A DNA stretch of 64,000 nucleotides from Camelus dromedarius (Eukaryota): contig NC_087436.1 of assembly GCF_036321535.1 (NCBI RefSeq), forward strand, positions 91,762,001-91,826,000, written 5' to 3'. Of the stretch, positions 61,051 through 64,000 are shown piece after piece (within the stretch, counting starts at the first letter, position 1; each line of letters begins with the position of its first letter). The position numbers and the translations under genes are program-made. Below the pieces are notes generated by a model that worked only from the letters and a program-made list of their open reading frames with translations, was not told where the DNA came from and ran no database searches.

Positions 61051-63729
61051 AAAATTGGTGTTGATTTTTGTTTTGTTTTGTTTTTTTCAAAGAAAATTTG
61101 TCTTGGTCCTTTTGGTCATTTTGTGTAATCGGAATAGTGATACATAGCAGGTGGTTTATTCCTGAAATAAGAACAACATACATAACTTTGACTGAAAAAA
61201 ATAGTAACAAAAACAAAAACAAAACAAAAATATTTCATGAGTATAAAGCTGTGCAGGATTGGTTGTCAACTTGGCATCATCACCACCTGTCTCTTCAGGA
61301 TCGGGAACTTTGTTTCCCAGGATCTCCTACATGCTTGAGGTAGAGGAGTTTGTCATTGCAGTGAACTTTCATGAGTCGGAAGCTCAGCAAAGCAGAGGCC
61401 ATTATCATCAGAGGCCAGGGTGGGCAGACTCAGCAAGCTCCCACTCAGCATCCACGATGCTCCATAGGCTTCTGCAACATTACAGGGACACAAGCCTTTG
61501 TCACGACCTCCAGCTTTCTCATTCTGCGTCAGAGCTGCTTACAGGTGAATGTCAGGGGGACTCTTTCTCCAATTCTATAGACACAGATTTTCAGGTATTT
61601 ACTCCCCCAGCTCTTCTCTTTGGTAAAAATATAGCCATTGAAATTCCTATATTAAACATCATGTTCACCGAATACTTGGAGAGGCCCAGTTTTCCTGACC
61701 ACAGACTAATACACAATGCAAATGAATTAACTCTGAATAAGGAAACTAAACCCTCAGACAAAAAGAAAGGCAAGGTCACTAAGATCACAGCATGATACTC
61801 ATCCAACATACCAGTATATAGGATCTATTTCAATGTAGTTGTTTTGTAAGACTACATTGCTTAATCAGTGTATATAAATTAATGTGTATTTCATATATTC
61901 TCAGCAATAAATTAAATTCACTATTTTCATCAATCAAAATAATATACATATGATAATAACTTCTTTTGTTAGAATATATATTTTACATGTGAAGATAACT
62001 TCCTTTCACATGAGCATATGAGCAACTTCAATCTGGACACACTAGTAACACTCCTTAATTTATAGGTGTTTTCTAAAGGAAAACAACCATTTGCTTCAAG
62101 TAATTGCTAACCTAATATGTTAAAAAAGCCCTTCAATAAAGCAATCAGTTTTCCCCCAAAACTGATCATGATTTTAAAGCACTTAGTTCTAAGACACCAT
62201 TCTTTGCCTGTAGATGTGCTCAGCATGCATTAGATGTCTATGTTTTCATGAGCAAAGATTATTATTCTTTTATTCATAAGTTTACAAAATTGCTTATTTT
62301 AATTTTCTTCTGTAGTTTCTTCACTTACCCTTTCAGATGTTAGTGCAAACATCCTTTAGACTACTCAACAATATTTATGGTCCAGCTCAAAACTATTCTA
62401 CCAGCTTGACTTCACTCAGCTCATTTAATATTCAATTTCAGTTCCTGCTTAAATTCCAATGTTCAGAGGTTATTATTAGACATCACAACTATATATTTAA
62501 CGTTTACTTGGAATTCCAAAGGTACTCACTGGTTTTTAAGGCCACTTATTCAATCACAGATTACTCATAAATACCACTGCAGAGGAAGCTCTTGAACTTC
62601 TAGAAACATGGACGTTAGCAGGTAGGTAATCTGCCTCACTTCATCCTGAAGATCTAAATTGTTCAGAAGTCTCTTTACTTTATTTGACTTATCACTAGCT
62701 AACAGCTGGTATGCTTTATTCCAAAGTGTTTTTTGGAAGTGATCATTTAGGTACCTGATAGAACCCAGTACGCAGATGTATAATAAAATAATGAGCTAAC
62801 GGCTTTAATTTATGCGGTTGATGCCTGTTTTTCTTCAGTGCTCCCCTTAGATACTTCATTTGATTATCTTTGGTGGTTCTGCAAAAAGATGACTGATACA
62901 TCAATAAAGGTGCTTAGTACCAAACTTCATATGTTCGGTGACTCCAAGAAATCCAAGCCAAAGAACTATCAAATAATGATAGCGGGCAGTCCACATGCTG
63001 TCATTTTCTATCAAATTCTATTTAACATGAAAACAGTTTCAAGCCGCATGCTGGAAAAACTCACCTATTAAAATACACCATTTTTAGCAACACTGAGTGT
63101 GATCGATTTTTCTTTCTGTTACTTCCTGTGAGGCTTGGTGACTCTTTTTCGCCCTGATTTGTTTATACTTCAAAATGATAAACAGATTGATTCTGACCAA
63201 AAAGTCAGAACAGGAAATTATATTCAGTAGTCTATCCATATTTGGCTTAAGACTGTCAACTACAATTTGAGTAGAGGAGACAGAAAGACATTTAACTTAT
63301 ATTTATAAATATTACTTCTAAACATTAAATTGAAGATTTTATTTAAAGGCCTAAATAAATATTATATTTCATAGTTTTTATTTCATTAAAGGTATTTATA
63401 AAAATAGTACATTATATAATTACCTGAAATAGATATACCTGGCTTCCATCCACTTTTCATCTGCAAGCCAATGAACTTCAAGGCCCTGACCTCTGACGCG
63501 TCTAGCACTGTGTTTTAAAGCTATAATTAAAGGACAAGGTCAATCTCTTCATGAGGCCTTTCAATTTAATGGGAATGAGCTAGTAGACATCTTCGGTACC
63601 AAGGGGAAAGATTTTGAAATTAGAATTCAAGCCAATGTGTAGCATAGTGAGGCTTGTTGCTGCATCTTGAGCAGGACTTCCGATATCCTATTCTAAAAGT
63701 CCTATGTTGTCTGTAGCTTTTTATCTTTT

Positions 63730-63890
63730 ACAAAATGCTTCAACATATTTTGCCTCATATCCACCTCACAACAATTCTATGACAAAAGTAACAGAACATT
63801 GTTAAGCCACATTCTGCTGAGAAGAAAAATGTCAATGAGATTAACAGGTCATTCAAGATCACTCCTGTCAAGTTGGAACCCAAGTTACCC
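63730..63890 (-). mobile_element. MIR SINE
   Basis: CCTCACAACAATTCTATGA…GAGATTAACAGGTCATTCAAGATCAC…GGAACCCAAGT. Confidence 0.65.
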
Positions 63891-64000
63891 TATTGTTCTG
63901 TGTCTTTTCAGAAGTACAGACAAATCAACATGTACAGGTGGATTTTGCTAGGCACCTAATGCTATAAATTGCAAGAAACAATAAAAAACTATTTTATAAA

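Noticed and set aside
61259..61795. Longest ORF in the window (178 aa)
   Set aside because: Non-ATG start, no recognisable domain, and the 3' half is ordinary AT-rich sequence; consistent with chance.
1..64000. CRISPR array, operon or other prokaryotic system
   Set aside because: The sequence is mammalian and repeat-rich, with no regularly spaced repeats and no dense coding regions.

Overview
AT-rich mammalian genomic DNA, intergenic or deep intronic. It is very probably from a camelid (alpaca, llama or camel), judging by Vic-1-like tRNA SINEs and the camelid-type L1 3' end. I found no intact protein-coding gene or RNA gene. The supplied ORFs are either L1 ORF2 remnants (1-815) or chance ORFs. 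The window is a mosaic of old eutherian repeats (L2, MIR, L1M, MLT1, LTR16, LTR33, MER34, MER2, MER5A, MER58) and younger lineage-specific insertions. The most notable observations are: (i) a ~390-bp TSD-flanked 'mini-L1' whose 5'UTR start is joined directly to the L1 3' end, at what is an AG position in other L1 copies (spliced or internally deleted L1, 51246-51632); (ii) a ~900-bp GC-rich, polyadenylated retrocopy of an unidentified mRNA 3'UTR (4361-5272); (iii) a twin-primed, 5'-inverted L1 (60841-61050); (iv) a perfect 32-bp palindrome (18294-18325); (v) two CpG-enriched patches, one overlapping an ancient L2. Repeat family names are from recalled consensus similarity, not a database search. 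I cannot support a claim of a wholly new biological system here.
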